From the NCBI RefSeq assembly GCF_000025505.1, contig NC_013849.1:600001-632000 (forward strand): a stretch of 32,000 nucleotides of DNA, given 5' to 3'. The notes beneath the pieces are model-generated. The model worked only from the letters and a program-made list of their open reading frames with translations. It ran no database searches and had not been told where the DNA came from. Positions 22,757 through 31,738 of this stretch are shown here, piece by piece. The DNA comes from Ferroglobus placidus DSM 10642 (GTDB taxonomy: Archaea; Halobacteriota; Archaeoglobi; Archaeoglobales; Archaeoglobaceae). The number at the start of each line of letters is the position of its first letter. The stretch's first letter is position 1. Position numbers and translations under genes: made by a program.

Positions 22757-24210
22757 AACTCCTCAGCGGCTTTTTTCACCAGCTCAAAGATGTTGAGAAC
22801 GTCGGGATTCAGGAAAAGCACTACTGAGAAGAGGGCGGTAATCGAGAGAGGAAGAATCATGTAGACGTTGTAGAGATGAGAAAGCTCTCTAAATCTCTCA
22901 TTGCTTTCCCTGAAGAACGCATTTCTAACTATCGGGAAGAAGTAAATGGCGTCGAGCAGCGAGGAAAGTAAGACTACAGCCAAAGCCATCAGGTTGTTCG
23001 CATTTATAGCCCCGAAGGCTATGTACCACTTGCTCAAGAATCCAGCCACAGGCGGAATTCCGCTCATTCCTATTGCACCGATTGCAAAGGCTGCAAAAGT
23101 TAAAGGCAAGCTCTTTCCGAGACCGTCAAGTTCGCTCACTCTATCTTTTCCGCTTATCACCGCTATAGCTCCAGCGCAGAGGAAGAGGGTTATTTTCATG
23201 TAGCCGTGGAAGGGAATGTGCATCGCAGCTCCGGAGAAAGCCAGAGGATTGAGCATCGCAGTCCCAAGCAGAATAAACGAAAGCTGATTTATCGTTGAAT
23301 AAGCTATTCTCCTCTTCAGGTTGTCCTCTCCGATGGCAAGGAGGTTTGCGACTATCATCGTAAATCCAGCTACAGCTGCGAGAATCGCTCCGAGTTTAAG
23401 CTCGCTCATCAGCTCAGCACCGTAAACGTAGTAAACTACCCTGATTATTCCGAAAACCCCTGCTTTAACAACGGCAACAGCATGAAGCAGCGCTGAAACT
23501 GGAGTTGGAGCGACCATCGCCGTTGGCAGCCACGAATGTAGTGGCATGTATGCCGCTTTTACGAATCCGAGGAGGAAGAGAACGAAGAGGAATTTGAGCA
23601 TCGCTTCGCTTCCGGCAATAAATCCTCCTGCCTTGAAGTCTGTCGTTCCAGTTAAAAAGTAGGTGATCATCGTCGCTGCCAGTAAAGCACCTCCCGAAGG
23701 AAGCAAATAGGCGAGATACCTTCTTCCCGCTGAAAGAGCCTCCTCGCTCTCCTCGTGGGCAACTAACGGGTAGGTGCAGATAGTCAGAAGCTCGTAAAAA
23801 ACGTAGAAGGTTATCAGGTTTTTTGAAAAGGCTATTCCGAAAGCCGAAAACAACGCTATGGCAAAGAAGAAGTAAAACCTCGTCTGGGCGTGCTCTTTCA
23901 AAGCTCGCATGTAACCTACAGAATAAATCGAGACGAGTATCCAGAGGGAAGAGGAAGTTAAAGCGAAAATCGTGCCGAAAGCGTCGGCTTTAAAGGAAAA
24001 ATCTATTCCCGGAGCTATGTTGAAAAGTGTAACCTCTACTGGAGCCTCAAGAACTTGCTTCGATATATTGAAAATGCATAGAAAGCTTAATATCGACGCC
24101 GAAATCGTTACGCTCTCCCTCAAGTTGGGATGATTTCTTAAGAGAAGAATCAAAATGGATGCGATTCCGGGAGTGAAGACTGCAAGAAGTAAAAGATCTT
24201 CGGCTCTCAT
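22738..24210 (-). CDS. mrpD: Mrp/Mnh subunit D-like (NuoM/N-type antiporter-like subunit 2)
   Basis: 490 aa polytopic. FYVFYELLTICTY, MPLHSWLPTAMVAPTPVSALLHA motifs. Confidence 0.8.
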   Translation of the reverse strand: MRAEDLLLLAVFTPGIASILILLLRNHPNLRESVTISASILSFLCIFNISKQVLEAPVEVTLFNIAPGIDFSFKADAFGTIFALTSSSLWILVSIYSVGYMRALKEHAQTRFYFFFAIALFSAFGIAFSKNLITFYVFYELLTICTYPLVAHEESEEALSAGRRYLAYLLPSGGALLAATMITYFLTGTTDFKAGGFIAGSEAMLKFLFVLFLLGFVKAAYMPLHSWLPTAMVAPTPVSALLHAVAVVKAGVFGIIRVVYYVYGAELMSELKLGAILAAVAGFTMIVANLLAIGEDNLKRRIAYSTINQLSFILLGTAMLNPLAFSGAAMHIPFHGYMKITLFLCAGAIAVISGKDRVSELDGLGKSLPLTFAAFAIGAIGMSGIPPVAGFLSKWYIAFGAINANNLMALAVVLLSSLLDAIYFFPIVRNAFFRESNERFRELSHLYNVYMILPLSITALFSVVLFLNPDVLNIFELVKKAAEELWGGRI

Positions 24211-25688
24211 TTCACCACCCCGAGAACTCTTGCTACATCTTCGAGGAATCTTACTCCCTCAGCGAGCCAGAAAACTCCTACGAGTACGCAGAGAACGGCG
24301 AGAACTAAAGCTGGATAGAGCATTAACGCCGGCAACTCATCTTTCTCAACCTTCTCGTGGTTTCCTTTCATGTATAAAGCCTCTATAACTCTCCAGAAAT
24401 AAACGAGGCTGAGCAAAGAGCTTGCGATCATCACCGCTATGAATCCAAGTTTTCCGGTTTCGAGAGAAGCGAGAATTATGTAGAGCTTCGTAACGAATCC
24501 GACCGTTGGCGGAATGCCGATCATGGAAATTGCCGCAATTGTAAATGCTGCCGCTGATAAAGGCATTTTTCTACCTAATCCTTCTACGTCTTCTATTCTC
24601 CTCGCGTTTGCTTTGTATACGAAGCCGCAGGCTACCATGAAGAGCGTCGCTTTCATCAGCGAGTGATTCAATAAATGAGCGACAGCAGCTGAAATACCCC
24701 ACTTCGTGTTCAAGAAGCTCATAGCCAGAACGATATATCCTACGTGAGAGATCGAAGAGTAGGCGAGCATTCTCTTAAGACTTCTCTGCATTATCGCAAA
24801 AACTGATCCGAGGATTATGGCTGCTGAAGCTACGTACGCGACGAGCTCCCAAACTACTGCGAATCTCTCCAAGAATTCGACTGTGAAAACCGAGAAAATT
24901 ATTCTTATTAAAGCGTAAGCGTTAATCTTTGCCATAGCTGTGGATATCAAGACAGTAACCGCCGAGGGTGAGTACTCGTATGCATCCGGCTGCCAGAAGT
25001 GGAGGGGGAACAAAGCCATTTTAATAGCCAGCCCCACGAAGTAGAAGACGAAAGCAGCGTGGACGACTTTGTTTTCGTAGAGCAAAGATAGAAGTATTTT
25101 CGCGTCGAGCATGTTGAGAGTTCCGGTAGCAGCGTAGAGAAAAGCTGTGCCGAGGAGGTAGAAGGAAATTCCAACCGTTCCGAGAATTAAGTAGTTGTAG
25201 GAGGCAACTAAGGCTCTTTTACCAGCCATAGCGATTAACGTGTAACCGGAAAGAGAAGCGATCTCCATGAATACGAAGAGGTTGAACAAATCTCCGGTAA
25301 CAGCTACTCCGCACATTCCGGAAACTAAAAGCTGCCATAGAGTGTAGAAATACGGAATTTTGTACTCTTCTATCTCCTTCTCCACGACCTTTTTTGCGTA
25401 GATCGTTGCGACAAGGCTGAAGAATAAGACCACGAAAAGCGTATAGGCTCCGAGCTCGTCAGTAGCGTATTCTATCCCCCACGGAGGTCTCCAGCCGCCG
25501 AGCCAGTATCTTATCGCTCCATTTTTTGTCACGTAATCGAGGATGAAGAGAGAGAGAATTAGCTGAATCGATATCGTGCCGAGGGAAATGTAATATCCGG
25601 CTCTTCTACTGAAAATTCCACTCAGGAGTATCGTAAAAGCTGACAGAAGGGAAATCGCAACTACAGTTATTGGCAAATGCTCTATCAT
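24207..25688 (-). CDS. mrpD: Mrp/Mnh subunit D-like (NuoM/N-type antiporter-like subunit 1)
   Basis: 493 aa polytopic. FVFMEIASLSGY, FPLHFWQPDAYEYSPS motifs. ATGA overlaps on both sides. Confidence 0.8.
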   Translation of the reverse strand: MIEHLPITVVAISLLSAFTILLSGIFSRRAGYYISLGTISIQLILSLFILDYVTKNGAIRYWLGGWRPPWGIEYATDELGAYTLFVVLFFSLVATIYAKKVVEKEIEEYKIPYFYTLWQLLVSGMCGVAVTGDLFNLFVFMEIASLSGYTLIAMAGKRALVASYNYLILGTVGISFYLLGTAFLYAATGTLNMLDAKILLSLLYENKVVHAAFVFYFVGLAIKMALFPLHFWQPDAYEYSPSAVTVLISTAMAKINAYALIRIIFSVFTVEFLERFAVVWELVAYVASAAIILGSVFAIMQRSLKRMLAYSSISHVGYIVLAMSFLNTKWGISAAVAHLLNHSLMKATLFMVACGFVYKANARRIEDVEGLGRKMPLSAAAFTIAAISMIGIPPTVGFVTKLYIILASLETGKLGFIAVMIASSLLSLVYFWRVIEALYMKGNHEKVEKDELPALMLYPALVLAVLCVLVGVFWLAEGVRFLEDVARVLGVVK

Positions 25689-26095
25689 TCCATCAACTCC
25701 TTGATCTCCTCCTCTTCGAGGGTTCCGTATTCTCTGTAAATCCTTATCATCAGTGCGAGAGCTAAAGCGAGTGTTGCCGCCGCAACGACAATTCCCGTTA
25801 GAACGAGCACGTGCGGAACTGGATTGACGTAGATGTACCCTTCTTCAATTCCCTTCTCCCAGACTATCGGAGCCGTCCCGCTTTTCAGTCCGAGAGTTCT
25901 TTCTATGTCCTTTCCGACGTCTGCGAGAGAAATAAAGAGTAAGAAGATTGCCGTCTGGAATACGCTCAGTCCGATTATCTTTTTCACGAGATTCCCGTAG
26001 GCTATCGCTCCGTAGAGTCCGATGAGCATTAACACCACAAAGCTCCAGTAGTTGTACCTTGCGAGGAACACTTCAACTATGTCCATCTTCATCAC
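25685..26095 (-). CDS. mrpC: Mrp/Mnh subunit C (NuoK-like)
   Basis: 136 aa, 3 TM. NLVKKIIGLSVFQTAIFLLFISL pattern, with a longer than usual loop between TM2 and TM3. Confidence 0.75.
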   Translation of the reverse strand: MMKMDIVEVFLARYNYWSFVVLMLIGLYGAIAYGNLVKKIIGLSVFQTAIFLLFISLADVGKDIERTLGLKSGTAPIVWEKGIEEGYIYVNPVPHVLVLTGIVVAAATLALALALMIRIYREYGTLEEEEIKELME

Positions 26096-26525
26096 CCTTC
26101 CAAACGAGGTCGAAGAAGAGGGAGACGAAAGAAGCTGCTACGGTCATTCCGATCCCCACTTCAATCACGTCGGCTATGAGTATTCCTCTCGCAACCGTGT
26201 GAGGAACGAACAAGCTGAGGAAGGTTGCTGAGTAGTTCAAGAACTCCGCTCTTCCGAGGGAATACAATACAGTGAGCATCCCGACTCCAGCGTAGATCCA
26301 AAGTCCGAGGCTTTTGAAAGCCGTATTCCAGCTTTCCGGAGCAGCTCTCCTTCCTTTCTCTGCTCCAAAGGTTATTGCATAGAGAATGAACGATGCCGCA
26401 AGAATAACTCCCCCCTGAAAACCACCTCCCGCTCCTTCCGTGCCGGTCATGACGTAAAAACCGTAGAGCTGAATAAAGGGAAGCATTGTCCTGACGGTGG
26501 TTTTTATCACAACGTTCTCACTCAA
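26073..26525 (-). CDS. mrpB: Mrp/Mnh subunit B domain protein (MbhF-like)
   Basis: 150 aa. GGGFQGGVILAA motif of the MnhB domain. Confidence 0.75.
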   Translation of the reverse strand: MSENVVIKTTVRTMLPFIQLYGFYVMTGTEGAGGGFQGGVILAASFILYAITFGAEKGRRAAPESWNTAFKSLGLWIYAGVGMLTVLYSLGRAEFLNYSATFLSLFVPHTVARGILIADVIEVGIGMTVAASFVSLFFDLVWKGDEDGHS

Positions 26526-27318
26526 GAAATCCCCTCCTGAGTAAAGCGGCTACGCTTACAGCAGCGGTAAATATCACGACGGTTTCTCCAAGCGTATCGT
26601 AACCTCTGTAATCAGCCAAACCGGCAGTTACCATGTTGGGAGTGTTCATCTCCTCTTCGCACTTTTCCTGCCACCTCACCGGAATTGAGTATCTGTAAAC
26701 TTTCAGAATCTCGCCCTCTTTTTTGATGAAGTAGAGCTTTTCAAATCCGGGGAAAAACGTCTCGTTCTTCTTAATTAAAACGTCCCAACCTTCTTCTTTC
26801 TCGTTCCAGACGATTTTGTACTCTCTGAGGGAGGGAAAGTTGTTCCCTTCGTTGTAACCGAGTAAGTAAATTCCGCTCTTAATCTCCTCTGGAAGCTCTT
26901 CGGCTTTCAGCTTCTCGGACAAGCCGTTGTCTTTCACTTCTAAAATTTCTATTCTCTTGTTAGCCGGCGAATTGTAATCGCCAAAAGGCGGCATATCTTC
27001 GATTACGTAGAAAAAGAGTCCTGCAAGCATCACCACAGCTAATGCACCGATCACAACTTTTACCGCTCTCCTCTTTCCGGTGTCGTACCTCTGAAGCTTT
27101 GTCAAGCTTGCCACCATCAACGCTGTTGAAGCGCCAGCCCCGATTGCAGCTTCGGTAAACCCGACGTCAACTGCGTTCATCTGAACGTATATGCAAGCCA
27201 TTACGAAAGTGTAAGTTCCCAAGATCGCTATCGACGCTAACAAATCCCTAACTAACAAAGCGGAAATGGCGGAAACTACGAGGAAAATTATCAGAGCAAC
27301 GTCAAGCGGAACTATCAT
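26518..27318 (-). CDS. fused DUF4040 (MrpA C-terminal/MbhD-like) + MnhB N-terminal (MbhE-like) subunit with ~100-aa soluble insert
   Basis: 266 aa. The N-terminal 3 TM match the DUF4040 pattern (AISALLVRDLLASIAILGTYTFVMACIYVQMNAVDVGFTEAAIGAG). The C-terminal NMVTAGLADYRGYDTLGETVVIFTAAV is the MnhB N-terminal signature. Between them lies a hydrophilic segment of residues ~105-215. Confidence 0.65.
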   Translation of the reverse strand: MIVPLDVALIIFLVVSAISALLVRDLLASIAILGTYTFVMACIYVQMNAVDVGFTEAAIGAGASTALMVASLTKLQRYDTGKRRAVKVVIGALAVVMLAGLFFYVIEDMPPFGDYNSPANKRIEILEVKDNGLSEKLKAEELPEEIKSGIYLLGYNEGNNFPSLREYKIVWNEKEEGWDVLIKKNETFFPGFEKLYFIKKEGEILKVYRYSIPVRWQEKCEEEMNTPNMVTAGLADYRGYDTLGETVVIFTAAVSVAALLRRGFLE

Positions 27319-27853
27319 GCTGACCCTCCATGAAAACGTAAGCGAGTTTTCTCTGCATCGTCTGATCCACCACGAACGACTTAGCGAGCTTTCTGTCTAT
27401 GGCGTGAACTACGAACTTCCCTCTTTCCGGCTCTACCATTATGGTGATGGTTCCCGGCGTTAGCGTTATCGAGTTAGCCATAAAAGTTAGTGCTAAGTCG
27501 CTCCTCAGGGGAGTTTCGAATTCCACTACCACAGGATCTAATGGCATCTTAGGATGTAGCGCTCTGTAAGCGACGTCGAGGTTAGCTAAAACGATCTGCC
27601 AGAGTTCCCAGATTACGTAGGGTATCGCTCTCAAAAGCTTTACGTACCACCTTTTACTCAAATCGAAAATTACCCTCCTTGAAAGATAGGTTGTTAGAGC
27701 AGCAGCTGCTATTCCCTGAGAGATGTGTATCGCATCAAATTTCCCGGGGGTGTCAGGATAAATCTGCCAAGCTGAGAGGAGGATCCAGAATATGAACATT
27801 ACGATGAAAGTCAGAGCGTAGGAGAGTTTTCTGCTTGCTCTTCCTTCTTCCAC
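27302..27853 (-). CDS. mrpE: Mrp/Mnh subunit E
   Basis: 183 aa. Two N-terminal TM segments, NSITLTPGTITI motif. Confidence 0.75.
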   Translation of the reverse strand: MEEGRASRKLSYALTFIVMFIFWILLSAWQIYPDTPGKFDAIHISQGIAAAALTTYLSRRVIFDLSKRWYVKLLRAIPYVIWELWQIVLANLDVAYRALHPKMPLDPVVVEFETPLRSDLALTFMANSITLTPGTITIMVEPERGKFVVHAIDRKLAKSFVVDQTMQRKLAYVFMEGQHDSSA

Positions 27854-28140
27854 ATTCTCACCCCGGTAACGTATGCTGCTTTAATCAACGCATGAGTTCC
27901 GACGGGATTTGCGAGGAAGATGAAGAAGGAGAGAAAGAAAAGCTTTACAGTAAGGAATGAAAATCCCTGATAAATCATGAAGCCGAGTATTATCAGAACT
28001 TCTCCGAGAGTGTCACATTTTCCGGCTGCGTGTAATCTTGTGTAGAAGTCCGGAAATCGTATTATTCCTATAGCTCCGGAGATCATGAAAAAGCATCCTG
28101 CGAACATGAAAATAGCCGAAACTACGTGTACGGCTTCCAT
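27811..28140 (-). CDS. mrpG: Mrp/Mnh subunit G
   Basis: 109 aa. GAIGIIRFPDFYTRLHAAGKCDTLG signature. Confidence 0.8.
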   Translation of the reverse strand: MEAVHVVSAIFMFAGCFFMISGAIGIIRFPDFYTRLHAAGKCDTLGEVLIILGFMIYQGFSFLTVKLFFLSFFIFLANPVGTHALIKAAYVTGVRMWKKEEQAENSPTL

Positions 28141-28430
28141 AACTCCCCCCTCTCGATGTATTTGGCAACGATTAAAGTTCCTACGAAGTTAAGCATCGCG
28201 TAGGTTAATGGAATGTCGACGAAAATCGGTCTTTCGAAGAGGTAACCGATGACGACGAGCAGAACAACGACTTTCGTTCCTATAACGCTCGTAGCCATCA
28301 CCCTATCGAGAGTTGTCGGACCTTTTACGACTCTGTACATCGTCATCAAAATCGAGATCGTAATCAAAATACCTACAGCCAGAAAAACATCAGTGATCTC
28401 CATATGTGGTTTTAGCAATAAAAACGGCAT
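28122..28430 (-). CDS. mrpF: Mrp/Mnh subunit F
   Basis: MYRVVKGPTTLDRVMATSVIGT signature. The true start may be ATG 28403 (MEITDVFLAV), giving ~93 aa. Confidence 0.8.
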   Translation of the reverse strand: MPFLLLKPHMEITDVFLAVGILITISILMTMYRVVKGPTTLDRVMATSVIGTKVVVLLVVIGYLFERPIFVDIPLTYAMLNFVGTLIVAKYIERGELWKPYT

Positions 28431-28495
28431 AAATAAATTACTGAAAATAGTGAGAACGAGTAAAGTTTTTAATTTTCAATCACAACGAAGCTGGT

Positions 28496-29413
28496 ATGAA
28501 ACATGTGCTATCGATAACCGATTTAAAAAAAGAAGAAATTATTGAAATTCTCGACTTAGCCGACAAGCTAAAAGAGGAAAGGAGGAAAGGAATCTTAAAA
28601 GAATATTTGAAAAATAAAACTCTCGGGATGATTTTTGAGCTTCCCTCAACGAGAACGAGAGTAAGCTTCGAAGTGGCGATGAACGATTGCGGAGGCTACG
28701 CTATTTACATGAACTGGAACGACCTCCAGCTTGGGAGGGGTGAAACTATCGCTGACACAGCCAGAACTTTGTCGAGATACGTTCATGCGGTTATGATGCG
28801 AGTGAGAAGGCACGAAACTCTCGTGGAATTTGCGAAGTTCAGCTCCGTTCCGGTGATAAACGGATTGAGCAATCTTGAGCATCCCTGCCAGATTCTCGCA
28901 GACTTGCAAACGATAAGAGAGAAAAAAGGGAGTTTAAATGTAAAGGTGGCTTGGGTTGGAGACGGAAACAACGTTTGCAACTCGCTGCTTTTAGCTTCGG
29001 CTATTATCGGCTTTGAGATGAAATTAGCGATTCCAGAAGGTTTCGATCCGCCAGATGAGATTTTGAAGAAAGCCGAAGAGCTTGGGGGAAGGTTTGAGAT
29101 ACTTAGAGATCCGAAAGAAGCTGTTAGGGGAGCTGACGTAATATACACTGATGTATGGGCATCCATGGGGCAAGAGGAGGAGAGGGAAAGAAGGCTAAAA
29201 ATTTTTAGACCCTACCAAGTTAACATGGAATTGGTTGGCGAAGCGAAAGAAGATGTGATAGTCATGCATTGTTTGCCGGCACACAGAGGAGAAGAGATAA
29301 CCGACGAAGTCATCGATAGCGAGTATTCCGTTGTTTTCGATCAGGCTGAGAATAGGTTGCACGCTCAAAAAGCTCTGCTTCTCAAACTCATTGGTGGTAG
29401 TGATGTGGGATAA
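28496..29413 (+). CDS. argF: ornithine carbamoyltransferase
   Basis: 305 aa. STRTR, HPCQ, DVWASMG and HCLPA motifs; the SMG and HCLP motifs distinguish OTCase from ATCase. Confidence 0.9.
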   Translation: MKHVLSITDLKKEEIIEILDLADKLKEERRKGILKEYLKNKTLGMIFELPSTRTRVSFEVAMNDCGGYAIYMNWNDLQLGRGETIADTARTLSRYVHAVMMRVRRHETLVEFAKFSSVPVINGLSNLEHPCQILADLQTIREKKGSLNVKVAWVGDGNNVCNSLLLASAIIGFEMKLAIPEGFDPPDEILKKAEELGGRFEILRDPKEAVRGADVIYTDVWASMGQEEERERRLKIFRPYQVNMELVGEAKEDVIVMHCLPAHRGEEITDEVIDSEYSVVFDQAENRLHAQKALLLKLIGGSDVG

Positions 29414-30173
29414 AGTTGCGGAAAGAATTGAAGAGTTTATAAGAAAGAAGGTTGACGAAGCGAAAGCTAACGGCGTTGTTGTTGGAGTGAGCGGAGGAGT
29501 TGATAGTGCCACAGTAGCTTTCCTCTCTGCGAGAGCACTCGGAAAGGATAGGGTTCTTGGAGTTATAATGCCGGAAAAAGGAGTTACTCCAGAAGAGGAC
29601 ATTGAGGACGCTGCGGAAGTTTGCAGAATTCTCGGAATCGATCACAGAGTCGTTTTCATAAACGAGATAGTCGAAAGCTTCATTTCGAAGCTTGGAAGCG
29701 ACGGAAAAGCTCTTGCGAACATAAAGCCGAGAGTCAGAATGACTATCCTTTACTTCTTCGCTAACAAGCACAATCTGCTCGTTGCCGGGACTGGAAATAA
29801 AAGCGAGCTTAGAATAGGATACTTCACGAAGTACGGTGATGGTGGAGTAGACTTTCTCCCAATAGGCGATCTTTACAAAACGGAAGTCTGGGAGCTCGCG
29901 AAATACTTGGGGGTGCCGGAGAGGATAATAAAGAAAAAACCATCCGCAAGACTCTGGAAAGGTCAAACGGATGAGGATGAGATAGGATTGAGCTACAAAA
30001 GGCTCGATAGCATTTTAAAATCCATTGAAAGCGGCGTTCCAGTAGAAAAAATACCTGAAGTGGCTGGCGTGACGAAAGAAGAAGTAGAGAGGGTTTTGAA
30101 GCTAATAGAAAGGAGCAGGCACAAAAGAGAGATGCCCCCCATCGCACCGGTTAGAGCTTTAATCGACTCTTAG
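29403..30173 (+). CDS. nadE: NH3-dependent NAD+ synthetase
   Basis: PP-loop [19 protein letters not shown] and KKPSARLW motifs. ATG 29403 is preferred over the 29331 start, which lies inside argF. Confidence 0.9.
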   Translation: MWDKVAERIEEFIRKKVDEAKANGVVVGVSGGVDSATVAFLSARALGKDRVLGVIMPEKGVTPEEDIEDAAEVCRILGIDHRVVFINEIVESFISKLGSDGKALANIKPRVRMTILYFFANKHNLLVAGTGNKSELRIGYFTKYGDGGVDFLPIGDLYKTEVWELAKYLGVPERIIKKKPSARLWKGQTDEDEIGLSYKRLDSILKSIESGVPVEKIPEVAGVTKEEVERVLKLIERSRHKREMPPIAPVRALIDS

Positions 30174-30869
30174 TGTTTTTTCAAGCTTTTCAGCGTATTT
30201 TTCTGGATTGTTCAGAAATTCGAGCTTTTTCAGATCGTCCACGAGGGAGTACATTTCTTCGTCCTTCGATAGTCCGAGAATGCCCTCGAAGTCACACTTT
30301 GCGATCTCGAGCTCCGGAATTTTTCCGTATTTTTCGTTTTTCAACCATCCCTCCACTGTGTAGTAGTAGCAAGCACCCCTTCTTTCCGTGTAAGGCTCGT
30401 AAATTGACTTGAAGTTTCTGCTTACCCAGTTAGCCATTTTTAACGGCTTATCTTCTGGATTTATCGTCACATGCCCGTAATCTGGAGGGATAATAACTTT
30501 ATCTCCTTTTTCAGCAAAAACAGCCACAACCCTGCTAACCTCTATGTCCTTCTGGAGCAGATATATCGCTCTTCCTTCGAGAACTTCGTAAACTTCTGGA
30601 TAGCTAACGGAATTCGCTTTCGGATGGTAATGTCCGTAGGTTTTTATGAACTCCTTCCCGATCTTAGCTGGAGGTATGTACGTGAGATCGTATCTCAACC
30701 CGTGCTCAGCTATAGCTTCCTTGTCTTCCTTCCTTTTGTAAACGTCTCTGAACATGTAGTATGCCGGGAAATTCTTCTCTACAGCTTCAGGATATGCAAG
30801 CACCGGCTTTAAATCCTCTACCCACCTTATTTCCGCTTCGAAAACCAAGTCGCCGATTTTTATCTTCAT
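30159..30869 (-). CDS. pgiA: cupin-type glucose-6-phosphate isomerase (archaeal cPGI)
   Basis: 236 aa. IGKEFIKTYGHYH...EVYEVLEG...PPDYGHVTIN cupin metal-site pattern, as in the Pyrococcus/Archaeoglobus cPGI. Confidence 0.8.
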   Translation of the reverse strand: MKIKIGDLVFEAEIRWVEDLKPVLAYPEAVEKNFPAYYMFRDVYKRKEDKEAIAEHGLRYDLTYIPPAKIGKEFIKTYGHYHPKANSVSYPEVYEVLEGRAIYLLQKDIEVSRVVAVFAEKGDKVIIPPDYGHVTINPEDKPLKMANWVSRNFKSIYEPYTERRGACYYYTVEGWLKNEKYGKIPELEIAKCDFEGILGLSKDEEMYSLVDDLKKLEFLNNPEKYAEKLEKTLRVD

Positions 30870-30972
30870 GCTTCTATTTGCTCTTCGAAGTTGGAGTTAA
30901 ATTTTTCTATTTGGTATTACAAAATAAATTTTTGTTATTATTAAGTAATATTAATCTACGATTTTTCAATAA

Positions 30973-30980
30973 CAGTTTTG
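30973..30980. repeat. target-site duplication, left copy (CAGTTTTG)
   Basis: An identical 8-mer is found at 31739-31746, immediately outside the IS terminal inverted repeats. Confidence 0.8.
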
Positions 30981-31028
30981 GGTAATGCCTCAGTAATGTT
31001 TATATTCAATTAGTTGGATAAATCGGTG

Positions 31029-31313
31029 ATGATGTGTCCGCATTGCAAATCGATAAAAACTGTGAAAATGGGCTGTTATTACACGAAATCTGGTGAGAGG
31101 AGGCAGAGATACAAATGCAAGAGCTGCGGGAGAACTTTCGTTTTGAATCCGATAAAGCCGAGGAATTATCCCGAGGAATTTAAGGAGATGGTAGTTAGAG
31201 CTGTTGTGAAGGAGGGTGTAGGGATAAGACAAGCGAGCAGAATTTTCAAGCTTTCTCCTAACACTGTGACAGCTTGGGTAAGAGAATTTTCTAAAAAAAG
31301 ACCTGAGAAATGA
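31029..31313 (+). CDS. insA: IS1 InsA-like protein (zinc finger + HTH)
   Basis: MMCPHCKS...YKCKSCGRTF zinc finger, then GIRQASRIFKLSPNTVTAWV helix-turn-helix. The ORF ends 12 nt after an A7 run. Confidence 0.8.
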   Translation: MMCPHCKSIKTVKMGCYYTKSGERRQRYKCKSCGRTFVLNPIKPRNYPEEFKEMVVRAVVKEGVGIRQASRIFKLSPNTVTAWVREFSKKRPEK

Positions 31314-31728
31314 GATTAGATCGGAAAAGCCTGTTATCGAGTTAGATGAAGCTTGGAGTTTTGTTAAGAAAAAGGAAAACGAAATCTGGATTTGGATTGC
31401 TTTAGAGAGAAATTCCCGAAAAATAATAAGTTATGCAATAGGAGATCGTTCTGTGGATACTTTCAAGAAATTGTGGGACGGAATTGGCGATGAAATAAAG
31501 CGGAAAGCAATTTTCTACACGGATCGCTGGGACGCTTATAATTTGATTCCTTACAGGCAGAGAATCGTAAGAAGAGGAGGAACGAACCACGTTGAAAGGT
31601 TATTCTTAACTCTGAGAAATGATAATCCGAGATTCGCAAGAAAATCAATCAGATTCTCAAAATCCTCGGAAATGCTCGAAAATTCTTTTAAATTGTGGAT
31701 TCATTACTATAATTTATCAACATTATAG
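31282..31728 (+). CDS. insB: IS1 InsB-like DDE transposase frame (no own start; +1 frame relative to insA)
   Basis: ELDEAWSFVKKKENEIWIWIALERNSRKIISYAIGDRS (D), FYTDRWDAY (D) and TNHVERLFLTLRNDNPRFARKSIRFSKS (E). The frame is open from 31282. The ORF track shows only the GTG 31453 part. Confidence 0.75.
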   Translation, partial: ENFLKKDLRNEIRSEKPVIELDEAWSFVKKKENEIWIWIALERNSRKIISYAIGDRSVDTFKKLWDGIGDEIKRKAIFYTDRWDAYNLIPYRQRIVRRGGTNHVERLFLTLRNDNPRFARKSIRFSKSSEMLENSFKLWIHYYNLSTL

Positions 31729-31738
31729 TGACACTACC

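Larger units (their letters stand above)
30981..31738 (+). mobile_element. IS1-family insertion sequence (758 bp)
   Basis: Terminal inverted repeats GGTAATGCCTCAGTAATGTT (30981-31000) and the reverse complement of 31719-31738, GGTAGTGTCACTATAATGTT (15 of 20 match; GGTAATG-type ends as in IS1). InsA-like and InsB-like frames. 8-bp direct repeats flank the element. Confidence 0.85.

Noticed and set aside
29388-29966. 192-aa minus-strand ORF opposite nadE (and 29195-29602 / 28783-29166 opposite argF)
   Set aside because: These are antisense to genes with unambiguous catalytic motifs (SGGVDS PP-loop; STRTR/HCLP).
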